A DNA stretch of 53,571 nucleotides from Thermostichus sp. DRC_bins_24 (GCA_039794845.1 JAUQVK010000072.1:1-53571), one strand, 5' to 3'. Counted from the first letter of the stretch, positions 18,862 to 29,445 are shown. Notes: generated from the letters alone by a model not told the origin. Numbers and translations: made by a program.

Positions 18862-19662
18862 TCAAGATCTGTCTTCAAGGGGATCCCCATGCTCCCCTTG
18901 AGAAACCTCTGTGTTGTATTGCTCCCGACTCCACCGCAATTGCCGCAGGATCCCGCGCAACAAGGCTACTTCGGCCACCGTCAGGCCGGCCCGCTGAAAC
19001 AGGGCCCGGAACTTAAGCATTTTGCGGCGAGCCGTGTGGGGTTGTAGGTAGCCAATGTGCAGCAAAAGGTCTTCCAGATGGCGGAAAAACCCCTCTAGCA
19101 TCTCAAAGGGGGCTAAGGGGGGTGAAGGGGGACTCAAGGCCGGACGCTGATGGCTGAGGGTATACAGCTCATAGCAACAAATGCCCACCGCCTGGGCCAA
19201 ATTCAGGGAAGGATAAACCGCATCGGTAGGGATTTGGATCTGGCGATGGCAAAGGGCCAGTTCTTCATTGCTCAAACCGCGATCTTCGGGGCCGAATACC
19301 AAAGCAGCAGGGCCGGCCGCAAGCAGCGCCGGAAAGGCCTGACGAGGGCACTGAATTTCCCATTCGGGGGGGTAGGGTTCGATGCGCCCTGTTGTCCCGA
19401 AGACCTGCACACACCCCTGCAAGGCTTCTGGCAACGTTTGTACCCTCTGGACTTGGTGGAGCAGATCCGCCCCATGCACTGCCATGGCGAGGGCTTCCGC
19501 ATCGAGCGGATCACACCGGGGATCCACCAGCACCCAACGATTCAGGCCCATATTTTTCATAACGCGGGCAATGGCGCCGAGATTGCGTGGCCCGGCCGGT
19601 TGCACCAACACGAGCCGCACCTGCGCCAGCTGCTCACGGCCAGAGTCGGAAACTACCTGCAC
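18862..19662 (-). CDS. trmJ: SPOUT RNA methyltransferase (TrmJ/LasT)
   Basis: 'PRNLGAIARVMKNMG', 'VFGPEDRGLSNEEL', 'YPSLNLAQAV'. Confidence 0.9.
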   Translation of the reverse strand: MQVVSDSGREQLAQVRLVLVQPAGPRNLGAIARVMKNMGLNRWVLVDPRCDPLDAEALAMAVHGADLLHQVQRVQTLPEALQGCVQVFGTTGRIEPYPPEWEIQCPRQAFPALLAAGPAALVFGPEDRGLSNEELALCHRQIQIPTDAVYPSLNLAQAVGICCYELYTLSHQRPALSPPSPPLAPFEMLEGFFRHLEDLLLHIGYLQPHTARRKMLKFRALFQRAGLTVAEVALLRGILRQLRWSREQYNTEVSQGEHGDPLEDRS

Positions 19663-19692
19663 CGCGGTTGGGATCCCCTAGAGTAGAGAGGT

Positions 19693-20274
19693 TTGATTCT
19701 GTCACAGATTGCGCCTATGGGATCCGCTTGCCGTTGGTTGGGCTTGATTTGTCTTGTGCTGCTGGGGTGTTGTTGGGGATCCCCGGTGATGGCCACACAA
19801 TCCACTTCTCCTCTGCCGGAAACAGGGGTTCAGATCACAGCGCCCGATCCCCTGGCAGAGGCGCAACAGCGCCTGGAAACCATCGGCGAGGCAATGCGCT
19901 CGATCCGCCTGTGCAACCGACCCAACTGCCGCTATCGAGATATTTCGGTGGAAGTGCAACCTGTGGACTCATCGACGGGCGCGGAGTCCGGCCCTGAGTA
20001 CGAGGGCACCATCAACGCCATCATCGATCGCCCTTCCGGTAGCCTTGACAGAGCCCACTATCGGCTGCGATTTCACCAGGGGCGCTGGCAGTTGCTGGGA
20101 GGCGAAGAGGTCTCGGATGTCTCTTCCTTTTTCTTTGAGGGAGATACCTATGAGGTGTTCAGCACCTACAGCACCCGCAGCCGCAAAGAAAAATTGGCGG
20201 ATGCCCGCAGCAGCCTGCGGGTGGGCTATCGGGAGCTGTACTATCGTGTTTTCGACCAGGGCCAAGAGCGATGA
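19693..20274 (+). CDS. Hypothetical exported protein
   Basis: Signal-like hydrophobic N-terminus, CNRPNC motif; stop overlaps the lpxC start (ATGA). Confidence 0.65.
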   Translation: MILSQIAPMGSACRWLGLICLVLLGCCWGSPVMATQSTSPLPETGVQITAPDPLAEAQQRLETIGEAMRSIRLCNRPNCRYRDISVEVQPVDSSTGAESGPEYEGTINAIIDRPSGSLDRAHYRLRFHQGRWQLLGGEEVSDVSSFFFEGDTYEVFSTYSTRSRKEKLADARSSLRVGYRELYYRVFDQGQER

Positions 20275-21134
20275 GGGGCCTGCAACATACCCTGGCCAGC
20301 TCTATTTCCCTCGAGGGCATTGGCTTGCACACGGGTTTACCGATCCGCTGCACTCTGCATCCTGCCCCTGCGAATAGCGGTCGTGTCTTTGTCCGGGTGG
20401 ATCAGCCGGGCTCCCCCACCATTCCCGCCCACCTGGGATCCCTGGCCCCCGCCCACCTCTCCACCCTTCTGCAGCAACCCGGTTCCCCCTCGCCGGGATC
20501 CCAGGTGCAAACGGTAGAACATTTGCTGGCCGCTCTCTACACTTTGGGCATTGACAACTGCTGCATCGAGGTGGATGGGCCAGAGCTGCCGATCTTGGAT
20601 GGATCCGCCCTGCCCTTTGTGGAGGCGATCGCCCAAGCCGGGATGCTGGCCCAAGAGCAACCGGCCCTGCTGGGGGTGATCAAAGAACCCGTCACTGTCT
20701 GGGCAGGAGAGGCTTTTGTCAGTGCCCTTCCTCACCCCACCGCCCGCTTCACCTATGGCATCGACTTTGCCAACTCGCCGATTGGGGAACAATGGCTGAG
20801 CTGGAGGGCGAGTGGGCCGGATTTTGTGCAATCCATCGCCCCTGCCCGCACCTTTGCCCGCCGGCAGGATGTGGAACTGGCTCGGGAACGGGGACTGATC
20901 CAAGGAGGCAGCCTAGAAAATGCCATCGTCTGCACCGAGACGGAGTGGTTGGGGCCGTTGCGTTACTCCGATGAGCCCGTGCGCCATAAGCTGATAGATT
21001 TACTAGGAGATCTCAGTCTGCTGGGCTACCGATTGCAGGGGCATATTGTGGCCTACAAGGCAGGTCATGCGCTGCACCATCGTCTGTCCGAGCAGCTTCT
21101 CAAGAGTGGATCCCTACTCACCCAGGCCGAGTAA
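20271..21134 (+). CDS. lpxC: UDP-3-O-acyl-N-acetylglucosamine deacetylase
   Basis: 'GIGLHTG', 'TVEHLLAAL', 'PILDGSA', 'HKLIDLLGD', 'GHALH'. Confidence 0.97.
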   Translation: MRGLQHTLASSISLEGIGLHTGLPIRCTLHPAPANSGRVFVRVDQPGSPTIPAHLGSLAPAHLSTLLQQPGSPSPGSQVQTVEHLLAALYTLGIDNCCIEVDGPELPILDGSALPFVEAIAQAGMLAQEQPALLGVIKEPVTVWAGEAFVSALPHPTARFTYGIDFANSPIGEQWLSWRASGPDFVQSIAPARTFARRQDVELARERGLIQGGSLENAIVCTETEWLGPLRYSDEPVRHKLIDLLGDLSLLGYRLQGHIVAYKAGHALHHRLSEQLLKSGSLLTQAE

Positions 21135-21243
21135 AAGGTTGCCCGGGATCCCCGGCTCAAAGGCCAACGTGGGCATCGCCGCATCTTGAAGGGTCTCCCA
21201 CACCTCCAGATTTGCAGTTTGTTTCTGTTCTCCTCAGCTTGCC

Positions 21244-21744
21244 ATGCCCACCGACGCCACCCCGACGCCACCCCTCACGGCCGAAGCGGCAGCCCAATTG
21301 GCGACAGCCCCAGCCATCTTTAGCGCCGATCAGATTTTGGAGATCCTGCCCCATCGCTATCCTTTTCTGCTGGTGGATCGGGTGGTGGACTATCAGCCGG
21401 GGCAACGGGCGGTGGGGTTGAAAAACGTCACCTTCAATGAGCCCTTCTTTCAGGGACACTTTCCCCGTCGCCCGATCATGCCCGGCGTCTTGATCGTCGA
21501 GGCGATGGCCCAGGTGGGGGGGATTGTGCTGACCAAGTTGCCCGACGTGGCGGGGCGCTTGGCCTTGTTTGCCGGCATCGATAGCGTTCGCTTTCGTCGT
21601 CCGGTGGTGCCAGGGGATCAACTGCTGCTTTCTGCCGATTTGCTCACCATTCGCCAGAAACGCATCGGCAAGATGTTTTGCCGAGCCCAAGTGGGGGGAC
21701 AGTTGGTGACCGAGGGGGAGCTGATGTTTTCCTTGGTGGATTGA
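21244..21744 (+). CDS. fabZ: 3-hydroxyacyl-ACP dehydratase
   Basis: '[13 protein letters not shown]', '[20 protein letters not shown]'. Confidence 0.97.
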   Translation: MPTDATPTPPLTAEAAAQLATAPAIFSADQILEILPHRYPFLLVDRVVDYQPGQRAVGLKNVTFNEPFFQGHFPRRPIMPGVLIVEAMAQVGGIVLTKLPDVAGRLALFAGIDSVRFRRPVVPGDQLLLSADLLTIRQKRIGKMFCRAQVGGQLVTEGELMFSLVD

Positions 21745-21991
21745 TGGCGAAGGGGCAGCGATCTTGCTACACAAGGTGCGGAGCACCGTCCTATCCAACC
21801 GCCCGTTGCCCCATAGCTCCCCTCTGGGGTACTGAAGGTTCACGAATGCAGCGGCGGCAACTTGTCGCCGAAAGACCCTGCTAAAGTGTTGGGATAGGGG
21901 CACCCGGTTAGCTCTGGTGCTGAGCGGAACCAAGCCTTAACCATCATTCGCAGGGTTGGGAGCGTAACCACATTTGCTAGCTGGGTTAGAG

Positions 21992-22930
21992 ATGAGTTCG
22001 TTGGCTTCAGCGGGATCCACTCCCAACTCCTCCGCTCGGATCCATCCCACGGCGGTGATCCATCCGAAAGCTGAGTTACATGAGACGGTGCGGGTTGGCC
22101 CACATGCAGTGATCGGCGAGCATGTCCGCATCGCCGCCCACACGGTGGTGGGGGCCAACGTTGTGATCGATGGCTGGACGGAAATTGGCGAGGGCAACCA
22201 AATTTTTCCGGGGGCAGTCTTGGGTACTGAGCCTCAGGATCTCAAGTACAACGGCGCACCCTCCCAGGTGCTGATCGGCAGGGGCAATCGCATCCGCGAG
22301 TTCGTCACCATCAACCGCGCCACCAACGAGGGGGAAGCGACCCTGATCGGCGACAACAACCTGCTGATGGCCTACGCCCATGTCGCCCACAATTGCGTCA
22401 TCGAAAACCAGGTGGTGATCACCAACGCCGTCGCCTTGGCCGGTCACATCCACATTGAATCCCAGGCCCGCATCGGGGGTATGGTCGGGATCCACCAGTT
22501 CACCCGTGTTGGACGGCTGGCGATGGTGGGGGCGATGAGCCGCGTTGATCGCGATGTGCCCCCCTACATGTTGGTGGAAGGCCACCCCGCCCGTATCCGC
22601 GGCTTGAACCTGGTGGGGTTGCGACGGGCCAAAGGGATGGAGGGATCCCTGCCCTTGCTGCGGGAGGCCTACCGGCTGCTGTACCGCTCCGGTTTGCCTC
22701 TGGAAAAGGCCCTACAAATGTTGCGCAACAGCGTTTGCACCGGTGGCCCCTCGGGGTGCAGCATTCGCACGCTCAAGGGCAAAGAACTGGTGGACGAAGC
22801 GGGATCCCTGCAACATCTGCTGCACTTTTTGGAGGATTCCCTCTCCCAACCCCAACGGCGTGGCCCTCTCCCGGTCTTGCGCAGGGGAAGCCAAGAGCCT
22901 TTAGAGATGGATGACAAGGACCCCGAGTGA
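21992..22930 (+). CDS. lpxA: UDP-N-acetylglucosamine acyltransferase
   Basis: Hexapeptide repeats, 'PQDLKY', 'IREFVTINRAT', 'HVAHNC', 'HQF', 'DVPPY'. Confidence 0.97.
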   Translation: MSSLASAGSTPNSSARIHPTAVIHPKAELHETVRVGPHAVIGEHVRIAAHTVVGANVVIDGWTEIGEGNQIFPGAVLGTEPQDLKYNGAPSQVLIGRGNRIREFVTINRATNEGEATLIGDNNLLMAYAHVAHNCVIENQVVITNAVALAGHIHIESQARIGGMVGIHQFTRVGRLAMVGAMSRVDRDVPPYMLVEGHPARIRGLNLVGLRRAKGMEGSLPLLREAYRLLYRSGLPLEKALQMLRNSVCTGGPSGCSIRTLKGKELVDEAGSLQHLLHFLEDSLSQPQRRGPLPVLRRGSQEPLEMDDKDPE

Positions 22931-24165
22931 GCCACCTGTTCATCTGCACGGGCGAGGTCTCAGGGGATCTGCAGGCCAGCCATCTCATCCGCGAACTGCT
23001 CCAGCAACGTCCCCAATTGCGCATTACGGCTGTGGGGGGAGAGCGTATGGCGGCAGCCGGAGCACACCTGTTGCACCGCACCACTGAGATCAGCTCGATC
23101 GGGGTTCTGGAAGCCCTACCTTTTATCGGCCCTGCCCTCTGGGCTGAGTGGAAGATTCGCCGTTTTTTGGCCCAAGATCCACCGGATGTGGCCGTGTTGG
23201 TGGACTATATCGGCGTCAATAGCCGCATTGCCCGCCTATTGCAGCGGCGGCAGATCCCTGGGATCTATTACATCGCCCCGCAGGAGTGGGTGTGGTCGCA
23301 AGATACGCGCATCACCTACCAGCTGGCGCAACAGATGCAGCTGATGCTGGCGATTTTTCCCCAAGAGGCCCGTTACTACGAGGCGGCAGGGGCGAAAGTC
23401 CAGTACGTCGGCCATCCTCTGTTGGATATTCTGGCCTCTGTGCCCGGTCGTGCCGAAGCCAGGGCCCATTTGGGGATCCCTGCGGATGAAACGGTGGTGG
23501 TGTTGGTGCCGGCCTCCCGCCGCCAGGAAATTCGCTCGATATTGCCCATCCTGCTAAGATCTGCCCGTCTGCTCCAGGAGCGCCTCCCTCAGGTGCGGTT
23601 TTGGGTGCCCTTGGCCTCCCCTCGTTTCGCGGCCCCAATCGCTCGGGCTGCCCGCAAACTCGGGGTGGATCTCACCCTTCTGGATCCTCAAGCCCTGCCT
23701 TGTGACCCAGGCTCTGGGTCACCTTTGCCCTCTCCCCACCAAGCCCATCACCTGGCGCTGGCCTCTGCCGATCTGGTTTTGGCCAAATCCGGTACCGTCA
23801 ATCTGGAAACTGCGATTTTGGGGATCCCACAGGTGGTGATCTACCGCCTTAACCCGATCACCTTCTGGATTGCCCGCCATTGGCTGAAGGTGTCGGTGCC
23901 CTTCATGTCTCCCCCCAACCTGGTGCAGATGCGCCCGATTGTGCCGGAACTGTTGCAAGATCAAGCGCAGCCAGAGACGGTGCTGGAACTGGCCCTGGCC
24001 TTGCTCACCGACCCAGGGCGGCAAGCCCAACTCCAAGCAGACTACGCCAGCATGCGAGCGGCCCTTGGAGAACCGGGGGTGCTGCGTCGGGCGGCCAGAG
24101 CCATTCTGGAGGTGTTGGATGGCCAGACGCGCTCAACGTGGGATCCCCAATCGAGCCCACCCTAA
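22927..24165 (+). CDS. lpxB: Lipid-A-disaccharide synthase
   Basis: 'GEVSGD', 'YYIAPQEWVW', 'YVGHPL', 'SGTVNLE'. Confidence 0.96.
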   Translation: MSHLFICTGEVSGDLQASHLIRELLQQRPQLRITAVGGERMAAAGAHLLHRTTEISSIGVLEALPFIGPALWAEWKIRRFLAQDPPDVAVLVDYIGVNSRIARLLQRRQIPGIYYIAPQEWVWSQDTRITYQLAQQMQLMLAIFPQEARYYEAAGAKVQYVGHPLLDILASVPGRAEARAHLGIPADETVVVLVPASRRQEIRSILPILLRSARLLQERLPQVRFWVPLASPRFAAPIARAARKLGVDLTLLDPQALPCDPGSGSPLPSPHQAHHLALASADLVLAKSGTVNLETAILGIPQVVIYRLNPITFWIARHWLKVSVPFMSPPNLVQMRPIVPELLQDQAQPETVLELALALLTDPGRQAQLQADYASMRAALGEPGVLRRAARAILEVLDGQTRSTWDPQSSPP

Positions 24166-24166
24166 C

Positions 24167-25693
24167 CTAGCCGGATTGATCGATCACCCGGGGCACCGCC
24201 CGTCCCCCCGCCAGCGCTGTGGTGGGATCCCCTTCTTCCAAATATTCCGCATCCTGGTTGACCCGCCACAGATCGTAGCGCCGTTCCCCCGCCAGAATAT
24301 TGCGAGCGGCCAATAGGCCCGTCATCATGGCGTGATCCTGGTTGTTGTAGCGGTGCATACCGTTGCGGCCCGCCAACTGCAAATTGGGCAAGACCTCCTC
24401 CAAAAAAGCACGAATGGTCTGGATATGGGTTTGATAGCCGTGGTCGTAAACCGGATAGGCTTTCGGGGCGCGAATCACGGTACCATCCAAAACTTTCGCA
24501 CGACCCAAGAGGCCCAACTGCCGCAATTCGGCTTCCGCCAAGGTCAGTAGCTCTGTAGAGGTTTGTCCCCAAAGGGGATCCGCCACCGAGCAAAAATACT
24601 CCAGGCCCAAGCAGGTCAATTGGGGATTGGGCACCATATCGGCACTCCAATTCTTGAAATTTTGAATGCGCCCCACCCGCACCGCTGGGTCATGGATGTA
24701 GATCCAATTGTCCGGGAACAAATCAGGCACATCCACCACCAAAACTACGGTCAAAAAATCTCGATAACGCAGGTGTTCGGCGGCTTCCCGTACCGGATCT
24801 GGAGCAGCTGGCACCAACCCGCGCACCAGAGAGCGCAAGGGCATGGTGGAAATAAAATGCTCTCCAGCCACCCAAAAGCGCTCCCCCTGTTGTGAGCATG
24901 CTTGCAGAGCCTGGATCCCCGCCTTACCCCAATGAATTTCCGTCACTTTGCGATCCAGTTGTACCGGTTGACCAGACTCTGCCAGCAACGTTTGCATCCG
25001 CTCCCACATCTGCCCCGGCCCCAAACGCGGGTAACGGAAGCGGTCAATCAGGGTTTTGATCACCCCTTCCCCCTTGGGAAATAAGGTTTTGCGGATCAAA
25101 GAGGCCATCGACAATCCCTTAATCCGTTGGGCTGCCCAGTCGGCGCTAATCTGGCTACAGGGGATCCCCCAAACCTTCTCGGTATAGGTCTTAAAAAAAG
25201 TGCGATAAAGGCGTTCGCCAAATTGATTGATTACCCAATCTTCAAAAGAAACTACTTTAGACCTGGGAAACAGTCGCGCCTTCAGGTAGCTGAATAAACA
25301 AAGGGTGGTAAACACCGGCCCCAACTTGCTAAAAACATCGAAAGGCCGAATCGGATAATCGAACAAAAGACCCTGATAAAGAACACGGGAAAGTCGCCGA
25401 CAAACCCGCATTTCCGAATCAAGAACCTCAGTCCACAGCGCCTCAATTTCCGCCGATTTGGAAAAAAAACGGTGCCCACCAATATCAAACCGATACCCCT
25501 GGTAGATGGCTGTACGGGATAACCCCCCCACCTGCACCGGATCCGCTTCCAAAACCGTCACCGAGCAACCCCGTCTATTCAGTTCGTAGGCCGCACTCAA
25601 TCCGGCTGGCCCCGCTCCGATCACTACGGTCTTCCCAGAGACCGGCTCCGAGCTCCTGTGCCGCGACGAGACAACATCTTCAAAAGCAGCCAT
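24167..25693 (-). CDS. NAD(P)/FAD-dependent oxidoreductase (UDP-galactopyranose mutase/amine oxidase-like)
   Basis: GAGPAG Rossmann motif, 'DIGGHRFFS', 'TYTEKVWG', 'GRNGMHRYNNQDH'. Confidence 0.85.
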   Translation of the reverse strand: MAAFEDVVSSRHRSSEPVSGKTVVIGAGPAGLSAAYELNRRGCSVTVLEADPVQVGGLSRTAIYQGYRFDIGGHRFFSKSAEIEALWTEVLDSEMRVCRRLSRVLYQGLLFDYPIRPFDVFSKLGPVFTTLCLFSYLKARLFPRSKVVSFEDWVINQFGERLYRTFFKTYTEKVWGIPCSQISADWAAQRIKGLSMASLIRKTLFPKGEGVIKTLIDRFRYPRLGPGQMWERMQTLLAESGQPVQLDRKVTEIHWGKAGIQALQACSQQGERFWVAGEHFISTMPLRSLVRGLVPAAPDPVREAAEHLRYRDFLTVVLVVDVPDLFPDNWIYIHDPAVRVGRIQNFKNWSADMVPNPQLTCLGLEYFCSVADPLWGQTSTELLTLAEAELRQLGLLGRAKVLDGTVIRAPKAYPVYDHGYQTHIQTIRAFLEEVLPNLQLAGRNGMHRYNNQDHAMMTGLLAARNILAGERRYDLWRVNQDAEYLEEGDPTTALAGGRAVPRVIDQSG

Positions 25694-25831
25694 GGCAATT
25701 CCTCACACCGTTATGGATCCTAACGGAAACAGAACCCAGCTCGGGTTTACCGAAAACGTCCGATTAAAGGGATTCCTCCTGGAAGCGGCGTAAGATCTCC
25801 TCATAACAATCTGAGTTTTGGCCGATACCCG

Positions 25832-27712
25832 ATGCCTCAAAGGTCTTCTAAGCTAAAAAATAGGCGCAGCTCCATCACAGGTTGCTTGCAAGAGCAGTCT
25901 TTGCCCAACCCTGTGGAGTCAACTCCGGTGCAGCTTCTTTCTCCCTCTGAACATCCGTTGCCAAGCGTCTCCCCGACGGTGCTGTTGGTGGATGACGACC
26001 CGTCGACACGGGTGTATTTGGCGCGTCTGTTGGTTCATGAAGGCTATCGAGTGGTGGAAGCCGAAGGCGGCGACCAAGCATTGCAGTTGTTCGGCCAAAC
26101 TCAACCCCAAATTGTGCTGTTGGATGCCCTGATGCCGGGGATGGACGGATTCGAATGTTGTCAGAAGTTACGGACATTGGATGCGGATCTGCCCTGTTTG
26201 ATGATCACCTCCCTTGACGATCAAGCCTCTGTAGACAAAGCTTTTGCCGCCGGGGCAAGCGACTACATCACCAAGCCCATCCACTGGCCGGTGATGCGCC
26301 AACGAATGCATCACCTGCTCAAGGCACGCCAGAATTTGTTGAACCTGCGCCAACAGGCAACCCGTGAACAGGCCCTCAACCGTGTTGTTCGAGCCATACG
26401 CACCTCCTTAGAGTTGGAACAGGTGTTTTCCGTGGCCACCCGCGAGATTTGTCATCTGCTGGAGGCGGATCGGGTCAGCATTAGCCGCTATCAACCGCAG
26501 CGACAGGATTGGCGGATCATCTCCGAATACCAAACCCAAGCGGATGGCTACTTGGGCTGCTTCATTCCCGATCCCCACAACCCCATGGCGGAGCGCCTGA
26601 GGCAGGGAAAGGTGGTGGCCATTGAAGCGGCCAGCCGAACCCAAGACTGGATCAGCATTCCTTCTATGGCCAAAGCCTATCCTGGCAGTTGGCTATTGGT
26701 GCCGCTCTATGGCGGCGGCGAAAGCCCCGAATCCACTCCTCCTACCCTTTGGGGCAGCCTCTGTCTGCAACTGAAAACCGCCCGCCCCGGATGGTTGACC
26801 ACCAGTCATGACTTGATCTTGGCCCTAGCGGATCACCTTTCCATTGCCATTCAGCAGGCGGAGCTGTTCCAGCAAATTCAGGAGCTGAACCACACCCTGG
26901 AAGAAAAGGTACGGGCACGAACCGCCCAGCTGGATCGCCAGGTGCAGGAATTGCAACGGCTGGATCTTCTGAAAAACGACTTTCTCAGCACCGTTTCTCA
27001 TGAGTTGCGCACCCCCCTCTCCAGCATCAAAATGGGGCTTCATCTGCTCAGTTCTGCTCTGTTGCCCAGCAACGGGGTGGCCAGACCCCTCGATCTGGAA
27101 AAAGTGTCTCGGTATCTGGATGTACTGAACAAAGAATGTGAGCGGGAAATCAAACTGGTGGAGGATTTGTTGGAGTTACAGCGCCTGGAGGTGTTGATCG
27201 GCTCGCAGCAGCCCCACTGGCTGGAATTGAAAGAGTGGTTGCCACCCATAACGGATCCCTTTGCGCAAGCAGCCCGCAGCCACAACCAGATTTTTAGCCT
27301 GGAGATCCCCCCGGACTTGCCTGCCATCTGCACTTTGCCGGAGGTACTGCGCTCGGTCTTGGGGGAATTGCTACAAAATGCCCACAAATTTACCCCCGCC
27401 GAGCAGTTGATCAGCCTGCGGCTGGCCAACCATCCCGATCACCTTGAAATCGAGGTCCTCAACACCGGCGTGACCATTCCTCCCCAAGAGCAGGAGCGGG
27501 TTTTCGAAAAGTTTTATCGCGTCCCCAATCCGGATCCCTGGCGCCAGGGAGGAACAGGGTTGGGCTTGGCTCTTGTGCAGCAGCGTATGATCCTGCTGCA
27601 GGGAACCATCCGCCTCAGCAGTGAAGCCAATTACACCTGCTTCACGTTGCGGTTGCCCTGGGTTCTCTCGGCCTCTTCCGGCAAAGGCAGGCCGGCTCAG
27701 CTCAGGGGGTAG
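25832..27712 (+). CDS. Hybrid sensor histidine kinase (REC-GAF-HisKA-HATPase)
   Basis: REC 'LLVDDD...LLDALMP...DYITKP'; GAF 'ADRVSI...LLVPL'; 'SHELRTPL'; 'GGTGLGL'. Confidence 0.93.
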   Translation: MPQRSSKLKNRRSSITGCLQEQSLPNPVESTPVQLLSPSEHPLPSVSPTVLLVDDDPSTRVYLARLLVHEGYRVVEAEGGDQALQLFGQTQPQIVLLDALMPGMDGFECCQKLRTLDADLPCLMITSLDDQASVDKAFAAGASDYITKPIHWPVMRQRMHHLLKARQNLLNLRQQATREQALNRVVRAIRTSLELEQVFSVATREICHLLEADRVSISRYQPQRQDWRIISEYQTQADGYLGCFIPDPHNPMAERLRQGKVVAIEAASRTQDWISIPSMAKAYPGSWLLVPLYGGGESPESTPPTLWGSLCLQLKTARPGWLTTSHDLILALADHLSIAIQQAELFQQIQELNHTLEEKVRARTAQLDRQVQELQRLDLLKNDFLSTVSHELRTPLSSIKMGLHLLSSALLPSNGVARPLDLEKVSRYLDVLNKECEREIKLVEDLLELQRLEVLIGSQQPHWLELKEWLPPITDPFAQAARSHNQIFSLEIPPDLPAICTLPEVLRSVLGELLQNAHKFTPAEQLISLRLANHPDHLEIEVLNTGVTIPPQEQERVFEKFYRVPNPDPWRQGGTGLGLALVQQRMILLQGTIRLSSEANYTCFTLRLPWVLSASSGKGRPAQLRG

Positions 27713-28214
27713 GGGTGGGAGTCGCAGGTTCTGGTGAATCGGAAGAGGTCGCTTCTTCCATCACCTCTTGTAAGCGGACACGGATCCTCTGATTCAGGAC
27801 GGGGTTTTCGTTGGCCAGGGTCATCAGGTCTCGGTATTGCGCTACGCTTAGTCCTTCTGCCTCGACGATGCGGGTGGCTTGGGCTTCGGTGCGCTGCATG
27901 ATTTGCTCATATTCGTCTTCATCTTGTGTCTCTCGCAGTTGGGCGCTGGCCTCCCGAATTAAGGGATCCAGTTCCAGCAAAATGTTCACCAGCTGTTCCA
28001 CCTGAGCGTCGGTGACCTGTTCGGCTGTCAAGTTCGGCGAGGGAGAACCTTGGCGCGGTTGAGCTGGGTTGGGAGTAGCAGGAGAGAGCGGAGCCCCCCC
28101 CGAAGCGGGAGAAGCAGGTGCAGCCGGGCTGGGGAGCGTGGGCGACTCCTGTGCCCAAACCGGCAGGGATCCCAGACTGAGCGTCAGACCCACCAGCAAC
28201 GCAAATTTCATCAT
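27702..28214 (-). CDS. DUF4168-like exported protein
   Basis: Signal peptide, Pro-rich linker, 'IVEAEGLSVAQY...NPVLNQRI'. Confidence 0.7.
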   Translation of the reverse strand: MMKFALLVGLTLSLGSLPVWAQESPTLPSPAAPASPASGGAPLSPATPNPAQPRQGSPSPNLTAEQVTDAQVEQLVNILLELDPLIREASAQLRETQDEDEYEQIMQRTEAQATRIVEAEGLSVAQYRDLMTLANENPVLNQRIRVRLQEVMEEATSSDSPEPATPTPTP

Positions 28215-28895
28215 GCCCAAAACTCCCGATCCAAACGCCACGGCTGACCTGAACCCGTAGGGCCAAAGCCAAGCCTGAAGCCAGACTAGCAAGATGTCTG
28301 CCCCCCGTCTAATCTGTTCAGCGCAGTGCTGGCAACGTATTGTAGAAATCGGGAGTTGGTTGTAAAGTCATGATGCTCTGCCGGATCGCTGTGCGACAGC
28401 CGGGTGCCCCTACCTTTCATCGGTTGAGCAACTCAAATTTGCGCTATCTGCCATTCACTTGACGGAATTCAGCCTGGCAGCAGCCCATTTAGGGCTGAGT
28501 TTAGGTATATGTTCTGTTGAGTATCGATTTTGTTAATGTTAGCTTAGAAACTGGGTTTGAAGAGGGTCTCCTGCACGAGCAGGTGACTTTCTTCGGAAGG
28601 CATTAGAGCCACTGCCTCTCCCCCGGCTGTCTTTACCTGATTTCGGCAGAACTCTTTGTCGTCGGCGCTCCTTTTAGGTGAGGGCCGAAGCTTTGTTGTT
28701 CGTCTGACGAAAGGTTTTCCAACGCATTCCGTAGGGGCATCAGAGGTCAATTTCCACATCCCTTCACTCAGCCTAGAGAAATTTGTTGTTTTGTAAAAAG
28801 TAGTAACAAGAAGGGGATGGAAGTTATTGATTTTCTTAAGCAATGCTGATATATTTCTTGCGGTTGTTTAGTAATCCCTCTACAGGAGGCTTACA

Positions 28896-29237
28896 TTGGT
28901 TAGGAGAAGAAAGCGTAAGAGTCGCCGTCGTTTGGAAGGGCGCAAAATATTAGATCATATTCCTCAATTTAATTTGGATAGTGGTGAGGAGAAGTCTGTA
29001 ACCGCTGCCCGAAAGTATATTCAGGATCAGTCTATTCAACCACCTGCGCTCATCTTGGTTCGGCGGAACGAGCATACTATTGATCGGTTTTTTTGGGCGG
29101 AAAAGGGACTGTTTGGTGCGCAATACGTCGAAGAAAATCACTTCCTTTTTCCCAGCTTACGGGCTTTATTAGCAGAGGTTGCAGCTGAGAAGCCAGAGAG
29201 AAAATCCTCGAAGGCACTGGCGACTGCCGCTCGATAG
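28896..29237 (+). CDS. Conserved cyanobacterial protein (DUF3155-like)
   Basis: 'RRRKRKSRRRLEGRKIL...TAARKYI...FWAEKGLFGAQYVEENHFLFPSL'. Confidence 0.85.
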   Translation: MVRRRKRKSRRRLEGRKILDHIPQFNLDSGEEKSVTAARKYIQDQSIQPPALILVRRNEHTIDRFFWAEKGLFGAQYVEENHFLFPSLRALLAEVAAEKPERKSSKALATAAR

Positions 29238-29286
29238 TTGCAGCTTGGCATTCCCGACAGCTCGGCACAAGGAATTGATGAAACGG

Positions 29287-29310
29287 CCCCCCTACTCTGG
29301 GGGGTTTGTT
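29287..29310 (+). terminator. Probable intrinsic terminator
   Basis: CCCCCC-TACTCT-GGGGGG followed by TTTGTT. Confidence 0.5.
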
Positions 29311-29445
29311 GCTAGCATCCTCAAAAGAAATGGGTCTCCTCCACCTGCCCAGTCGGGTCACCCTTCCCTTCCCGATGTCCGGCTTCGTAACTGCGAAAGG
29401 TAGGTCAACCCCTGTTCTTTAGAGGATCCCACCGGGAGATTCTGG

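Noticed and set aside
26350..26870. Cyanobacteriochrome photoreceptor controlling the antenna cassette
   Set aside because: The GAF domain lacks the bilin-binding Cys-His and Asp motifs, and the gene is ~17 kb from the cassette.
28544..28843. 99-aa ORF or 6S RNA in the long spacer upstream of the DUF3155-like gene
   Set aside because: No recognisable protein motif or 6S consensus by eye; left uncalled pending an Rfam or homology search.
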